Below are positions 26,770-41,500 of a stretch of DNA of 64,000 nucleotides, piece by piece. The notes under the pieces are model-generated. The model was given only the letters and a program-made list of their open reading frames with translations, had not been told where the DNA came from and did not search any database. The translations under genes were made by a program, and so were the position numbers. This DNA comes from Styela clava (lineage: Eukaryota), in NCBI RefSeq assembly GCF_964204865.1, contig NC_135250.1, forward strand, positions 25,482,001 through 25,546,000, read 5' to 3'. The first letter of the stretch is position 1; each line of letters begins with the position of its first letter.

Positions 26770-29700
26770 ATCTAAGACAAGTGATTCTTACCAGCTAGAA
26801 GAGGTTTGAGGTGAACGAAACTAACTCCCTATCTTCATCTATGCCGTTATGCTAGAGGTTTACTTAAAAATAATGTAGGAACATATTTTATTATTAAGTT
26901 GTTTTCTTCCATATTGAAAATACATCGAGTTCTGAATAAGGAATGCCGCATTGAACTAACTGCAAGACGACATTGCTTTATTGCACGTAATTGAACACCT
27001 AATTGAATTCTATCGAGGAAACGATATCTCTCGAAAAAGCTATCAGACAATAAGTTAATAAGGCCTTTTCATAAAATGATGAAGTGTCTTTTTATGGTTT
27101 ATCACAACTTTTCGGATCGTTTATTGCTTCTAAAAAACTCGTTCCATTTCTTACACTTTCGAGAATGCTAAATATTTCGTGCGAGGATGGAGTTTCGCTC
27201 GAACGAACTTTGGGAAAAACAGAGATCCCAGAGAATGTAGGATTGTATGTATATGATCACTGTATTGCTTCATCTAGTACTTCAGTGGATAACAGAGATG
27301 CCCCACCGATTCCCCAAGTTTAGGCTACAAAACCCTTGTATTCATGCTCTCGTTTTAACAACATTCAAAGTCTTACAATTATTGAATTATTCGCTCCTAT
27401 TTACTTTTTTTTTGAAATTGTATGACTTGAGTTTTAATTACAAAAAAGTGTGAAATTTGACCTTAATACCGGTAATATTTGTCCGCAGCACGACTTGATA
27501 AATCTTCGTCATTTCGAAACCAACACATGCAAAAAATGGAATAAACAACTATTCTTAATAAATGTGTTAGCAATAGGTCTTCGTGGAATCTGATCACCAG
27601 AGCACGAATTCGAATTTTCTTGTAGTTTATGTCAGATTACGCCATGCTTGTCCGACATCTTGGCAAAATTAAAATTCGTTAATCGTAGTTTTACAGAACT
27701 TACAAAGTTGAGTTAATTTTTTATTGAAAACAGTTTATAAAAAAAGACTGTGCTGTACTTTTCGTGGGATCTCAATTGATTCTGTCAATTTTCAAAGAGT
27801 TTTACTAAATTGCTGTTGTGGGCTGTTGCGCGTTACATTAAGATGTGATAACAATACTGGTTTGTCTTTGTTACTTGTGGCGTAGTGTTAGCGAATTCCG
27901 GTACACTCTCGGTGTAGAAATTGTTATCAAGATAATCGATCTAAAGAACGTATGTCTGACCACAGTTTGGCCAAACTAAACCTCGACACTCAACCGGTAC
28001 CAAGCCCCAGTGCCTACCGTTTTCGCACAACATTCAAAACACCACTAACTCCACCGACTTACATGAATCGATCAAGTTAACAAGAACTGGACAGGTCCCA
28101 CCATCTGTGCCCCAAAGAAAAACAGCTCAATACCCGCATCAAATCACAACACCATCGCAGCAATTGACCAAAACAGCACTTTAGGAAAGAATTTTTCACA
28201 TTCTGGCACAGTAGTCATATCATGAATTAGCACTCCACGCACTAATATTTCGCTATCCTGCCCCGGACTTACTACTACCAGGTGAAGCAACGTAAACGAT
28301 TCACAACGTTACTAGTTTTTTGTGTCGAACAGGAAACTATAGTCTATCACAAAATCACTGGATTGGGATGTCTTTGGACGACTGTAAAACGGTACAAACA
28401 GTAGTGATACCGCGTAAATAAAGTCCAAACCCACATTGCATTGAGTTACTTTTTTCATAAGACATGCAATGCTAAACGAACTGTATTTTTTCCGTATATA
28501 CAATATCAATATAAGATATTAATAACATATTGTTGAAGAATATAATGAACAAATATAAATTTAATATGTATGTCTGTCATTCTTAATTCACGTCTTCCTA
28601 TATTTACAAAAAATTTGGAATATCACATAGGCAGCACAGGGAGGTTTAACACGACTCTGCCAATAGTTTAATTTATGCAATATCGCTTAAAACTGATTAA
28701 TATCATTGTAATATTAATAAGTTTATTAATATCATTAATATTGATTTTAGTTATGATAAGCGAAATTCTTGTTCACACCACAGGTTTCTTGATTGCAGTA
28801 GTCAGTTAAAATAATTTCACATATTAACGGACCTATATATATATATCTGAATAAAGGAGACTTTTTAATATTTCGAGAGCCAATTTTAATATAAACTTCT
28901 TGGAGTGAGTCTGTGAGAAAAGTTTGCAGAACGAAAGTTTTTCCCTTATGTTAATAAAAATGGCCAGCTTCACGGAAATTTGAAATAACTGGCGAGACCA
29001 AATGTGCATTTGGGATCATTTCAACACATTACTCCATCTATACTTCTTTGACATAAATATGTATATGTTTCAGATACAAGTTTTTATAAACACAATAGTG
29101 TTCATTATATTCAAGGGGCTCAGTGCTGAACTTTCAAGTGAAATTATCTTTTGTTCGTCTTAATAAGATTAAAATACTTTTATCCATAGTTATACAAATA
29201 TAACAGCAACATTCACAAATAATAATAAATAAGAATCAGCAAAGGTTACAAAGTGCTTCAGTAAAACATTATTGAAAGTCAAAATTTCCTTTTCTGTGAA
29301 AATACAATAAAAATATAGAAACTCACAAAGGACGGATAGATCATCATCGAGTCAACGACACCCTAAGATAATTAAAAAGCGAAACAAAAAGGTCAAGTAA
29401 AAATTCAACAAACAATAGATTCAAACACCACACAGTATCCCTGAAAGAATTTGCAGGACCTGGTGAATAAAAGTCTCCAGCGTCAACTAGTGACGATCTG
29501 TATAATTACAGAGAGGCACATCACGTACCAGCGTAAACACGTGACGAATGAAATGTGTGCATTTTTAGACATATCATCTGATTAGTATGAGAATAATGGC
29601 CTATTGTTAGTCAAAAAAAACATTCTTCCATTTTTGTTTTCTATTTTCAGTCAACAATAAGAATTCCTTCATTCATGGAAATGACACTATGAAACTTTCC

Positions 29701-30056
29701 TATTTCATAGTATATGCGTATTAGTTGTCGGGCATGAAAATTATAACGAGCAAGACAAAATGAGTAAACTTTTCGAGTGAGGGTTTCTAATTTTTATAGT
29801 TGCATTATAAAAAGATACCCAGACCTAACCTAACCAACAAGTCGTTTATAATATTGCATAGAAAATACATGAGACAGATAATTGCGTTGATCCTTCTATG
29901 GGATGGAGGAGACAAGCGACAACAACATGATTGGATACTTCAACATCAACGGCCTTGTATATAACAAGTTTACCTATTGTTTTGTCAAAAAACAACATGT
30001 TTGGGACATTTTTACATTTTGTAATATGCTAATAGGTACTGCTTAGCTGAAATTCA

Positions 30057-33000
30057 TCAGGCGTTGTAAGTTTCGTAAGCTGTTTCCACTTGTGTTTGCT
30101 TAGTTGTCGCAGGCAGAGCTTGTTCGTAACCGGCAGTTTCTTGCAGGACATTTGATGATGATGGTTGTTCGTAAGCTGATTCCACTTGTGTTTGCTGAGT
30201 TGTTGCAGGAAGTGGTTGTTCGTATCCGGCAGTTTCTTGCAAAACATTTGAAGATGATGGTTGTGGAGCTGAATTGTTGGAAGGAGTTGCTAATTAATTG
30301 AAAAAATGAAATTATCAACCACAGAACAATTAAAATTCGATTTAAAATACTTATCTTGATAGAAATCAGATCTAAGTAAACCTGTGGTAGACAGTGTGTT
30401 AAAATAATAATTATTTAAATAAAATATCTCAGTTTTTTTCTATTACTTCATAGAAAGTATGTTCACAGACCAATCTCTTTCAAACTTTTAGTAATCTATT
30501 GGGCGTGACTCCTAGTAGGGCGGTAATTTTATTTATTTATTATTTGCGGTGGCATTCCAATTTTGTATAAACTCGAGATATACAAATTGTATTGCCCCAC
30601 TATTAGAACCTGTATTGATTCATAAACGTTTCCTATCCCATTAACATTGATGTCATGTGTTTATCATTGAAGTGGAGTTACAGCTTATATCGTGACCGTA
30701 TTCTGTTGTGTTTATACACTTTGAATAACACTTCGAATTTGATTTGTATAGGAATATTATCTTATACATCAGTTCTGATTATTTTTCACTACCTTTTTCT
30801 TTTATAGTTTCGTAATTGTGTTCTTTTACTTCTGCCTTTTCCTTCAAATTCTTTATTTCTTTCTTCAATTTGTATATGATCCAGACAGAGACGACCAATA
30901 AGACGAAAGGAATGAGAAAACCAATCACAAAACTGATGATGTTGAACTCGAACGCTCCTTTAGCTAAAACAAATACGTTACTCTGATTTCCTGTTGTTAT
31001 TTGAAGGTTTTGAGATTATAGTTTTATTGGAACGGCAACATCATCTCTAGAATTACAAAGATAGTATATAACGTTCACGATAAAAGAACACTTTATTTAT
31101 CTTTTAATTCTCGAAACTGTTCGCTTGTTATGTTGTGTTGTTTGAAGTTTGCTAATTTTTTTCATAATCTGGCTTTGAATTACCCAAATCTGAATATTTG
31201 TAATTCTTACCGGTATTGTTCTTAGCAGTAGTCTCTTGTTCACCTTGTTTCAACGTTATGGAGGGGCTTTGACTGAAATGTATTTGGTCATCAGAGGGCG
31301 TGGAATAAACTATCGAGACACTGAAGTAAAATAAGTTGTATTATGCATTGCGGAAATAAATTCATTAAATGAAATACTGACAAAACATCCGATATATTAT
31401 ATTTGATTTGATAGCATCATTAAATACATGAATCAATCTAATTTGACGTTAACATACATCTTTACTGTCTGTCGGTTTTGAAATAGCATTATAACAATAC
31501 CAAAACTTTCAATTAAAAATTAATAGTCTATGATGATCTATATAACCCTAAGATATATCTGGAATACCTGAACGTCTTTTTACCTAATTTTTTGTTCCTT
31601 CCTGTGAATAAAATTTCTTTTCTCAAGCTTTGTTCATTTTGTAACCCTACTTTTCCGGTATTTATCATGTCACAAGTTGTTATTGAATCTTCGCCGAGTG
31701 TGAAATTCATTTGCTTCCCATTCATGCTGAAATATTCAATGGGATTAAAATATGGTCTGTTTTACAGGAATTACCGCTGCTACTCGAGACAATAGAAAAA
31801 TGACGTTGCAACGACGCATACAAGTATATACAAATTGAAACTCTTAATATAGCAGTTTATATGAATTCAAAATACATGAATGGTGCGGTGGTACGCACAT
31901 CGCAGTATCAAAGTATCTTGTTGCATGTGCTTCGTATATGTTATAGCCAAAAATTATTGGAGTAAAGTATTAGTAGTACAATGTGTTTCGTTACGGTCGT
32001 TAGAAAATTCAACGTCAAAAATCTTATAAACTCTACAACAAATAATCGCTGTTGTCCTGATATATTACATAATACATCCACTAGCTAGACGTAAAATCAA
32101 GTTAACCGGGTAATCTAATTAAATGTTACTTTCTAATTGGCTTTGTCGGATTAGCAACCAGAAATAGCAAATGAAACAAATCATCCTAGTACTTCTTACG
32201 AGTGGGACTTTCATCCGATCTATTAATTTTAATATTACAAATAGAATTTTAATCGTTTATCTTATAATTCGTATTTTTTGTTTATAAATCCCGTTCAACT
32301 GAAAACACCCAATTGACAGATCACGTAAAATATTCTTCTGGAAAAAACGATTTCCAACCTTGTCATAGGTATTGCTTTAGCAATATATTCATCTCCGCTC
32401 ACTGTGTTGTTAATATTTATCATGTCAGTCATGGAAAAATCGTCGCCAAGTTCCTTCAAATTTGTGTGTACAAGTACAAATATGCAACTGTAGGTGAATA
32501 AAGTATACAATAATAAAAGTTGTACTGATAGCACTATTTGTTGAGGAATGAATTCCGTATTGTGGAATGATATTGATCAAAATAAATCAAAACTTCCGTG
32601 TCTAGTAAGCAAATTGACTATATTGGTGAGACAGATGCTTAATATACCTAATATGATATATTAACATGCTCGGTCGATTTTCATTCCAGGCTAACAATCA
32701 ACCATAGAGAAACAGACGTACTAATTTTTTAAACACCGATATATTATTTTCTACTCTGTTGCATTTAGCTTACCTGACAAGGCCATTAGTCTCATCCGGT
32801 GCCTGTATTGCCAGTTTTTTTATGCCGTACACGTTGATTAGGTTATCTTCAAAACTTTCTGGCGGGAAAACCTTTGCAGAAGCTAAAATAGGAGACAGTG
32901 TTTGCTAAAATAAATTGCGACAAACATGCTTACGATATCCATGATTTTTGCGTTAAGCATCACACTTTCGCTTCAAACAGGCCCCTGCAAAGGTGTCTAA

Positions 33001-34937
33001 CATTCAATGAAATTTGAACATTCATACGATTTCATTTCAAAAGACTTACGCGTCTCCACATATTTTGGTTTAATTAAATGGAGTTGTTAGGTAGATTGGT
33101 GACTGCAAAATTGATTTCATAAATATTAACTTTTTAATATACCTGTGGGGTTTCCTAGACAAGTACCAGCAACCAATAATTCTTGACCAAGACCAGCACA
33201 ATTAAATATTTTCATCGAAACAGAATAGTTACGATTTGGTTCTGGTTGAAATAAATACACGGATGATGATGTCACGTTTATTAGTTTCATGTCTGTCTTC
33301 AAGAACAAATCTCGCGAGGAAGCCAGGGTTGAAGTTAAATTCAGTTTCTATAAATCATCAGATAAAGAAAGATAAAGAATATTAAAGTTTTTATTGTAGT
33401 TACCTGAATATTGGTGTCAAATGAATTGTTGAAGATAACGTAATAAACCAAAACTTCCAGATAAGTGGAATATGATTTTGATATAAAATATTGATAAAAC
33501 AATATCTGTCATTTATATCAGTGAACCAAAACAGATCTACGATCGTGAGCAATAGAGTGGATGGCTGTAGAATCAGCCAAACTTCGTGACACAGAGTGAA
33601 GTCATATTACACGTAATAATTCTCAATACAATTTACACACCATCAACCAAGTTGTTGTAGGACTTGTGTCTCAAATAGTTTGTGTTAACAATGCAATTAT
33701 CGACTCACCACGGTATAAAAATCACCAGTCTCTGCTTTGTTATATAAGATCCATGAGATGACGCAAGTTTGCGTATTCTTGTATTGTATAATAGATGACG
33801 ATTCAACAGATAACTTTGATCCGTCTGTTCTTGCGCTTCGGATGGTAGAATATTGGGTTGGACAGTTATCCTTTGTTACACATGCAGTTATCTGAAATTT
33901 ATATTAACATTATAATAAAGCAACATAAAATTTGGGTGAAGTGGTCAAGTAGCATAGAACGTTTGAAACGTGTTCCTGAGACAGAAAGTCCGAATTAGAA
34001 CCCACGCAATCAAAATTAAAAAGAAATGATCATTTACGGTATATTGAAACATTATTACTTACTTTGATATGAGAGGTTGTGGTAGGCAACAAACTGATTA
34101 TTGTGGTTGACTGTTTCTCAGATGTTGGTGAATCCACCCATCTTGTTGATTCACCTGAGGTCGGACTTACTTCTATTCTGTGAAACAGATGTGAGTTGAC
34201 AGTGACAATTTGATGGAAGTAAAACAAATTGTAACAAGATGCGTAATGGTATTGGGTACACGGGTCGAAACCAACATGATAGATTTACATGTTGACACTC
34301 ACCAATACGACTGATAAATTTAACATGGTAACTTATGCAGTTTCAACCGTTTTCTTAGATGACATTATATCATTGTTGTGAAACGACTATTTTCTTAGAT
34401 TTGTCTAAAGGCATTTTCGGTTCGGATGAAGAGATGACGCATAAACAAGATGTTGAACTTTATGCCTAAATATTCATAAAGGTAAACTCACTTGTGTGGG
34501 AATCCAAGAGCATTTGTATGTGGTTGCCATGAAATGATCAAGTTAGAGTTGCAGACGTTATTCGATATTTGATGTATTGTGGGATTTCCATTCACTGGAA
34601 AAGTAAATACCAAAAGATTAGCTTACATAGAGTACAAAATTAAGCGGAGATTGTTATTTATATTCACCTTCAAATGATTCTGTTTCGCCAAGTTTCCAAC
34701 TGTTGCCGTTTCGAAAATAACAACTATAGGATCCCGCATCAGCAATATTTGCGTTATGAAGATTCAATGTTGCTGATTCATTTTGTAACGTTTGATAAAC
34801 TCTACTTATAGTTGCGGTTGATACTTTGTTAGATGATTCGTACCATTCAACTTTTGTTGCAGTGCTACAGTCTGTTGCAGAACAATTTTTCTGGTTTCCA
34901 CTGGTTGTTTGTATTCTAACGAACGGGCCTGGAAACA
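30057..34937 (-). pseudogene. Receptor copy C (long form lacking promoter, signal peptide and CTLD exons; exons 5-15 open)
   Basis: Ig exon from 34937, then FN3, juxtamembrane, TM and tail exons (2 repeats) all read in frame with GT-AG sites. Near 35240 intron-4 sequence joins directly to sequence homologous to the spacer upstream of copy A (~10370), so exons 1-4 are deleted. Confidence 0.75.
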
Positions 34938-37900
34938 CTAAAGCAGAATTTGTGAAACTTGAAGCCGTAAATGACACAAATTGGTTTAGAATATGAAAAC
35001 TAGGTTGATTACTTTGGTTCATGCAAGCAGAAACACTAAACTTTGAAAGTACCATGATTATATTTTTAGCAAATAAAAGCAGTTTTGAATTGATACTATT
35101 AGGGCAACTCTGTTTGTTACAAAATTTAAATTAAGTGATAGAAGCGCAATAATTCTATTATAGGCATTCAGTGGCACCGAAAGACAATACTTGTATCGTA
35201 TACGGTACTTGTATTGATGTGACCTGTATTGAACAGTTTCCCTAACTGCTAGACGACCTTGCTTTATTGCACGTAATTGAACACCTAATCGAAGCATATT
35301 GAGGAAACAATAGTTATCGACCAAGCTAGTAAACAATTAGCATTGCTTGGTTTGTATGTAATGATGTAATTTTTTTTTTGCCCGTTTTTTCTCCAAAAGT
35401 CTCTATACAATCGGTCACTTAGGCTTAGGAGCCCGAATCGTTCAATCGTAATTTAATTATTATATTTGCACTACACCGCATATTAAGTTTTAGTCTTTTA
35501 ACCTAAGTACACGATGCACAAAAAGTTTCTGTTTTTCATTATTACATGGAATTTTGCCTCCATTCGCGTTCTTTGTGGTCAAGTGCGCATGCAACTTATT
35601 TTTGGAGTAGTCATCGATTCACGCCACGTCCGAATGAAAGTTTTACAAATAGGTGCTTCATAAAACGACGATTTTGCGATTGAGATTTTTTACTGGATGG
35701 TACAATGTCACCTCTTAAACCGCTTACATTCAATGTCTTAATCAAAACTAAGGAGGAAATGGGTGCCCCTATCGCAGGGTTTCTGATCGAGACACGTAAG
35801 TTGAAAAAAAAAACAATAAAAAAACATACAAATTTATGACTAATGTTGTCAGTTTTTCTGTGTTGGATGCGCTTTTAATGACGAGGTCTAATTTCTGTCA
35901 AGATTTTTTTTTTTTCGGAACAAACGAGAGTGACAACAAGTCTGAGCATTTTCGAATAAATGGTGATTCAGAATCGAATCGAATTTTTTCGAATCGAATC
36001 TCGAATACTTAAAATATGTGTAATTGTATGTGAGTATTTTATGAAATGTGTCCTCCAAACACACGAGATCCTGAAAATACAGAATCCATCACTCATACAG
36101 TTCGCTAAGCGTTAACACACAATAAAAAACATTTTTATAGGATCTCCGCTCTAGGAGACCCTTATTCTTGCTTGTCCTGTCTGTCTGTTTAGCTGTAGCG
36201 TCTGAACTACTGGGCCGGTCGAAATTTATCACGTGGATTATACTGTCCCCCTATTATTGTGCGTTTCACCGAGAGTCCGGACTGATGTTTTGTTTCCATG
36301 GCAGCAATAAAAATCGCGCGATTGTTGAGAAATTTCTATTTTTTTCACAAGTTGTCGCCATTATCTCTCATAAACCACCACAAAAGTGAAAATTTTAAGA
36401 TCGGTATCGCCAGCGGCCTGTTTATCAATAACTCAAGATTTCGAAATTGGATTTTTAATGGTAAAATATGGCAACGCTAAGCGCAAAATCAAAAAATCAG
36501 GCACTTGTGAAATTTCAGGCACAGCACAGAAAACTATTGTTCTTCACGGAACCACAAGCTTTGTATGTCTTTGGGTGGCTGCTTGTCGAAACAGTACGAA
36601 CAGTAGTGACAACTTGCAAATAAACTGAACATATATACCCAGAATTAATTTGCTAAACCAACTGAATTTTATACTGTTTATTGTTTACAAAATTAATATT
36701 AGAAACTAATATCATATTGTTGAGCAACGTAATGAACAAATATAAATTGATTGCGGAGCAGAAATAGAATATTCATATTTTAGTTTCATAGATGATAATG
36801 TGTTTTAAGATTGGTATTGTTGGGAAACAATTTTGTCGAATATTGTTGTTTCTCTGTCATTTTTCCTCTTTCCACGTTCGTCTATATTTACGAAAAATTC
36901 GGAAGATTCCATATACAGCACAGGGAGGTTTTACACGACCCTGCTGTTTGTGCAAATGTTTTTGCAAATCACAGGATTCCCGATTGCAGTAGACAGTAAG
37001 AAATATTTCACATACATATATTTATACATCAAAATTCTAAATGGAAGAGACTTTTTAATCGATTGAGGGTTAATTTTTAAATAGAGAAATAAATAAATTT
37101 TAGTAAAGGAAAGTTTGCAAAACGAGCTTTGGCTCATTATTCACTCGTACAGTTATTTTATGTTCTAATGAACATGGCTAGCCTTCCAAAAATTTGGAAT
37201 TACCGACTTACCCAAATCTGCATTTGCGATCATTTTTACTCATTACTCTATTTATACATCTTTAAAACGTATATCTATGTGTTTCAAATTCAAGTATTTT
37301 TCAAACTCAGGAATTTTCCTTATATTTACTGGACATTAGAGGGTTGGGTGCTGGATGTTCAAGAGATGTTAAATTTTTCTCGTTTTTATAAGATTAATAT
37401 ACTTAAATCTTTACACATAAAGAAGCAACATTTAAAAATATTAATAAAGAATAATCAACAGTTTCGCAGTAATGTGAAATATTATTTTTCGGAAAAAATA
37501 CAATAAAAATATAGATAGTTATGAAGACGGATTGTTTCGTCATCGATTCAAATACACCTGAAACTAATTAAAAAACAAAACAAAATTTTTTAGCAAACAA
37601 TAGAAGCAAACAATAGTAAACATTACATGGTCTTCATCAAAGCATTTGCAGGATTTTGTGAAGTGAGAATCACTGACGTCACCTAGTGACGATTTGTAAA
37701 ATTACAGACATCACGTACCAAAGTAAAACCATGACCGGCATTCTAGACATGTAATCCGATTACTATGAGAATAATGGTGTATTTTAGTCAACTTTCAAAG
37801 AAGACTTCTTTTTTGGAAATGAGACCACGATAAACCTTTTATACATTATAGTATGTGCGTATCAGTTGTCGTGCTGGAAAATATAACGAGCAAGACAAAA

Positions 37901-37988
37901 TGAGCTTCCTGATTAGTTGCGTTGTAATAGAATGCACAAACTTAACCTAACTCACAAGTCGTTTGAATGAATTCATGTAAAATACATG

Positions 37989-38313
37989 GGATTATGGGCT
38001 CCGCCGGGGGAGGAGATTCTTCAGTCGGACTCATCTTTGGGGGGGATTCTTCAGTTGATCCCAACTGAAAAATATCCCCCTCCCCCAACCCACCCAAGCT
38101 GATAATACCAGTTGATCCTTTATTTGACCTGGTGAATACCAGTTGATTCTTTATTTGACCCGGACTAATCATTTGGTAGGGTTAGGGTTAGATGGTCTTA
38201 GTTGGGGTGGAGATTTTACAATTGGTCTCAGTTGGGTGGAGATTCAACAGTTGGTCTAACTTGGGGTGGAGATTCTTCAGTTGGTTATCATTGGGAGATT
38301 CTTTAGTTGATTT
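37989..38313. mobile_element. Short repeat-rich insertion downstream of copy D
   Basis: Flanked by duplicated AATACATG (37981-37988 / 38314-38321); internal GGAGATTCTTCAGTT repeats and GGTTAGGGTTAG; absent from the homologous flanks of A and F. Confidence 0.6.
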
Positions 38314-38573
38314 AATACATGTTTACGACATGAACTACAGAGCTGATTACACTCTGAGTGAGAAAGTTAATGGTGACTGATAATTTCGTTGATTCGGTTG
38401 TAATGTAAATATGTCTGGATGTGAAACCATAGACAGCGGCATGGCGGATTACTTCGACAGCAACGCGACATTGTATGTTGCACGTTTACGGAGTGTTTCA
38501 TCCAAAAAAAAAACATGTTTTGAATTTTTTACATTTTGTAATATGCTAATAGCCACTGCTTAGCTAAAATTCA

Positions 38574-41500
38574 TCAGGCGTTGTAAGTTTCGTAAGCTGT
38601 CTCCACTCGTGTTTTCATAGTTGTCGCAGATAGAGCTTGTTTGTAACCGGCAGCTTCTTGTAGCACATTTGAAGAGGATGGTTGTTCGTAAGCTGACTCT
38701 ACTTGTGTTTGCTTAGTTGGCGCAGGAAGAGCTTGTTCGTAACCGGCAGCTTCTTGCAGCACATTTGAAGATGATAGTTGTTCGTAAGCTGACTCCACTT
38801 GTGTTTGCTTAGTTGGCGCAGGAAGAGCTTGTTCGTAACCGGCAGTTTCTTGTAGCACGTTCGAATATGATGGTTGAGAAACTGGGTCGTTGGAAGGAGT
38901 TGCTGATTAATTAAAAAAAGTTCGATTACCGACTATAGGAGAAATATTAAATATCTTTAAAATATTGACGAAGAATTGGCGAACAGTGCAAGACATATCC
39001 AAATCATTTCTTATTTTTCATTGTCGTCACTCAAGAGCAAATTACACAATAAGGAAGAGTAAACGTTTGTATAATGACTAAACGATACAAAAATGACTAG
39101 CAAAATATTTGTCATCTTTTAGTAATTTGAGATGAGAATGATACCGGAGAAGACATACATATTTTACTTAGGCAAATTATCTTATCTTCCTGTTTAAATA
39201 TTTTTGCATTGGTGATGAAAGGAAAGCTGGTGAATGTCCTGTATTTACTTATATTTCAGAATTTTCCGGTGGCTGATCAATAATAATGTATTTTACGTGA
39301 AATGGTGATTTTCGGATCTCACTACCTTTTTCTTGTATATTTTCGTAATTATGTTCTTTCGCTTCTGCATGTTTCTTTAACTTTTTTATCTTATTTATCA
39401 GTCTGTATATGATTAAGCCAAAGATTACGTAGAAGATCAAAGGAATCAAAAAACCGATCACAAAAATGACGATGTTCAACTCAAACGATTTCTTTTCTGA
39501 AAAATTATATAAGCTAAAAAAAAAACTTAAATATTAGAAATTTTTTATATAATATTGAAAGTTTTAACAAAATTGACGAAATTGACAATATTTTCATTTT
39601 AAAACCGAATAGTTGCATGAACATTATTCCTTATTCAAAAGAATAATTTTCTAAACAATATATATTTCAGTAAATGATTCCCAAACTTTTTTCATTTTTT
39701 TGAAGTAAAGTGTCTGCAAAAATCATAATTCACTTTCATAAAGTTTCGATTGGAATCTTATATAGTTCTCGGAACATAATTAGTATCTAATTACTATTTC
39801 CCTTGAACTATTTCCTGAAACTTAATACTGATTCAGGTTTGAGCCGGGATCATACATCAATATAATACATACCGTTTTCTAATATCGGCCCATTAATAAC
39901 AAAAAGAAATTTAATATAAAGGTATTCTCGCAACAAGGACTGAAAATCAATTTCCGAAAAATATACAGTTTTATTTAGATAATGCGCTAACCACTGTCCA
40001 TGAATTCCATAGGAGTGAGTGAATTCTCAATGATTACGCCCAATTGAGTAGAACAAATCTAAATACTTGGAAATATAATAATTGAATTCAATTTATACCT
40101 TTTGGTTTTCCCACACAAGAACCTATGACAGACCAATAGCAATTGAATATTTTGATCGAAGCAGAATAATTACGATTTGGTTCTGGTTGAAATGAATACC
40201 CGGATGATGTCGTCACTTCTATGAGCTTTGTGGCTACCTCCGAGTTTGCATCTAGCGAAGAAACTGGAGTTGAAGTTAGATTCAGTTCCTATAAATAATC
40301 AGATAACAAAAATTGCATCAGAAATATTGAAGTTTTTATTTTAAATTTCCTAAATATTGGTGTCAAATAAATTGTTGAAGATAACGCAATAAACCAAAAC
40401 TTCCAGATAAGTGGAATATGATTTTGATATAAAATATTGATAAAACAATATCTGTCATTTATATCAGTGGACCAAAACAGATCTACGATCGTGAGCAATA
40501 GAGTGGATGGCTGTAGAATCAGCCAAACTTCGTGACACAGAGTGAAGTCATATTACACGTAATAATTCTCAATACAATTTATACACCATCAACCAAGTTG
40601 TTGTAGGACATGTGTCTCAAATAGTTTGTGTTAACAATGCAATTATCGACTCACCACGATATAAGAATCACCAGTCTCTGTTTTGTTATATAAGATCCAT
40701 GAGATGACGCAAGTTTGCGTATTCTTGTATTGTATAATAGATGACGATTCAACAGATAACTTTGATCCGCCTGTTCTTGCGCTTCGGATGGTAGAATATT
40801 GGGTTGGACAGTTATCCTTTGTTACACATGCAGTTATCTGAAATTTATATTAACAATATAATAAAGCAACATAAAATTTGGGTGAGGGGGTCAAGTAGCT
40901 TAGAACGTTTCGTACGTATTCCTGAGAGAGGAGACTTTTTGCCGGAAGTAGAACCCATGCAATAAAAATTAAAAAGAACTGATCATTTACGGTATAATGA
41001 AACATTATTACTTACTTTGATTTGAAAGGTTGTGGTAGGCGACAAATTGGTTATTGTGGTTGACTGTTTCTCAGGTGTTGGTGAATCCAACCATTTTGTT
41101 GATTCACCTGAGGTCGGACTTACTTCTATTCTGTGAAACAGATGTGAGTTGACAGTGACAAATTGATGCGAGTAAAACACCTTGTAACAATACACGTAAT
41201 GGTGTTGGGTAGACGGGTCGTGACCAACATGATAGATTTACATGTTGACACTCACCAATACGTCTAATAAATTTACCATGGTAACTTATACAGCTCCAAC
41301 CGTTTTCTTAGATGACATTATATCATTGTTGTGAAAACGAATATTGACTTAGATTTGTCTAACGACATTTTCGGTTCCGAGGAAGAGATGACGCATAAAC
41401 AAGATGTTGAAATTTATGCCTAAATATTCATAAAGGTAAACTCACTTGTGTGGAAATCCAACAGCATTTGTATGCGGTTGCCATGAGATGATCAAGTTAG

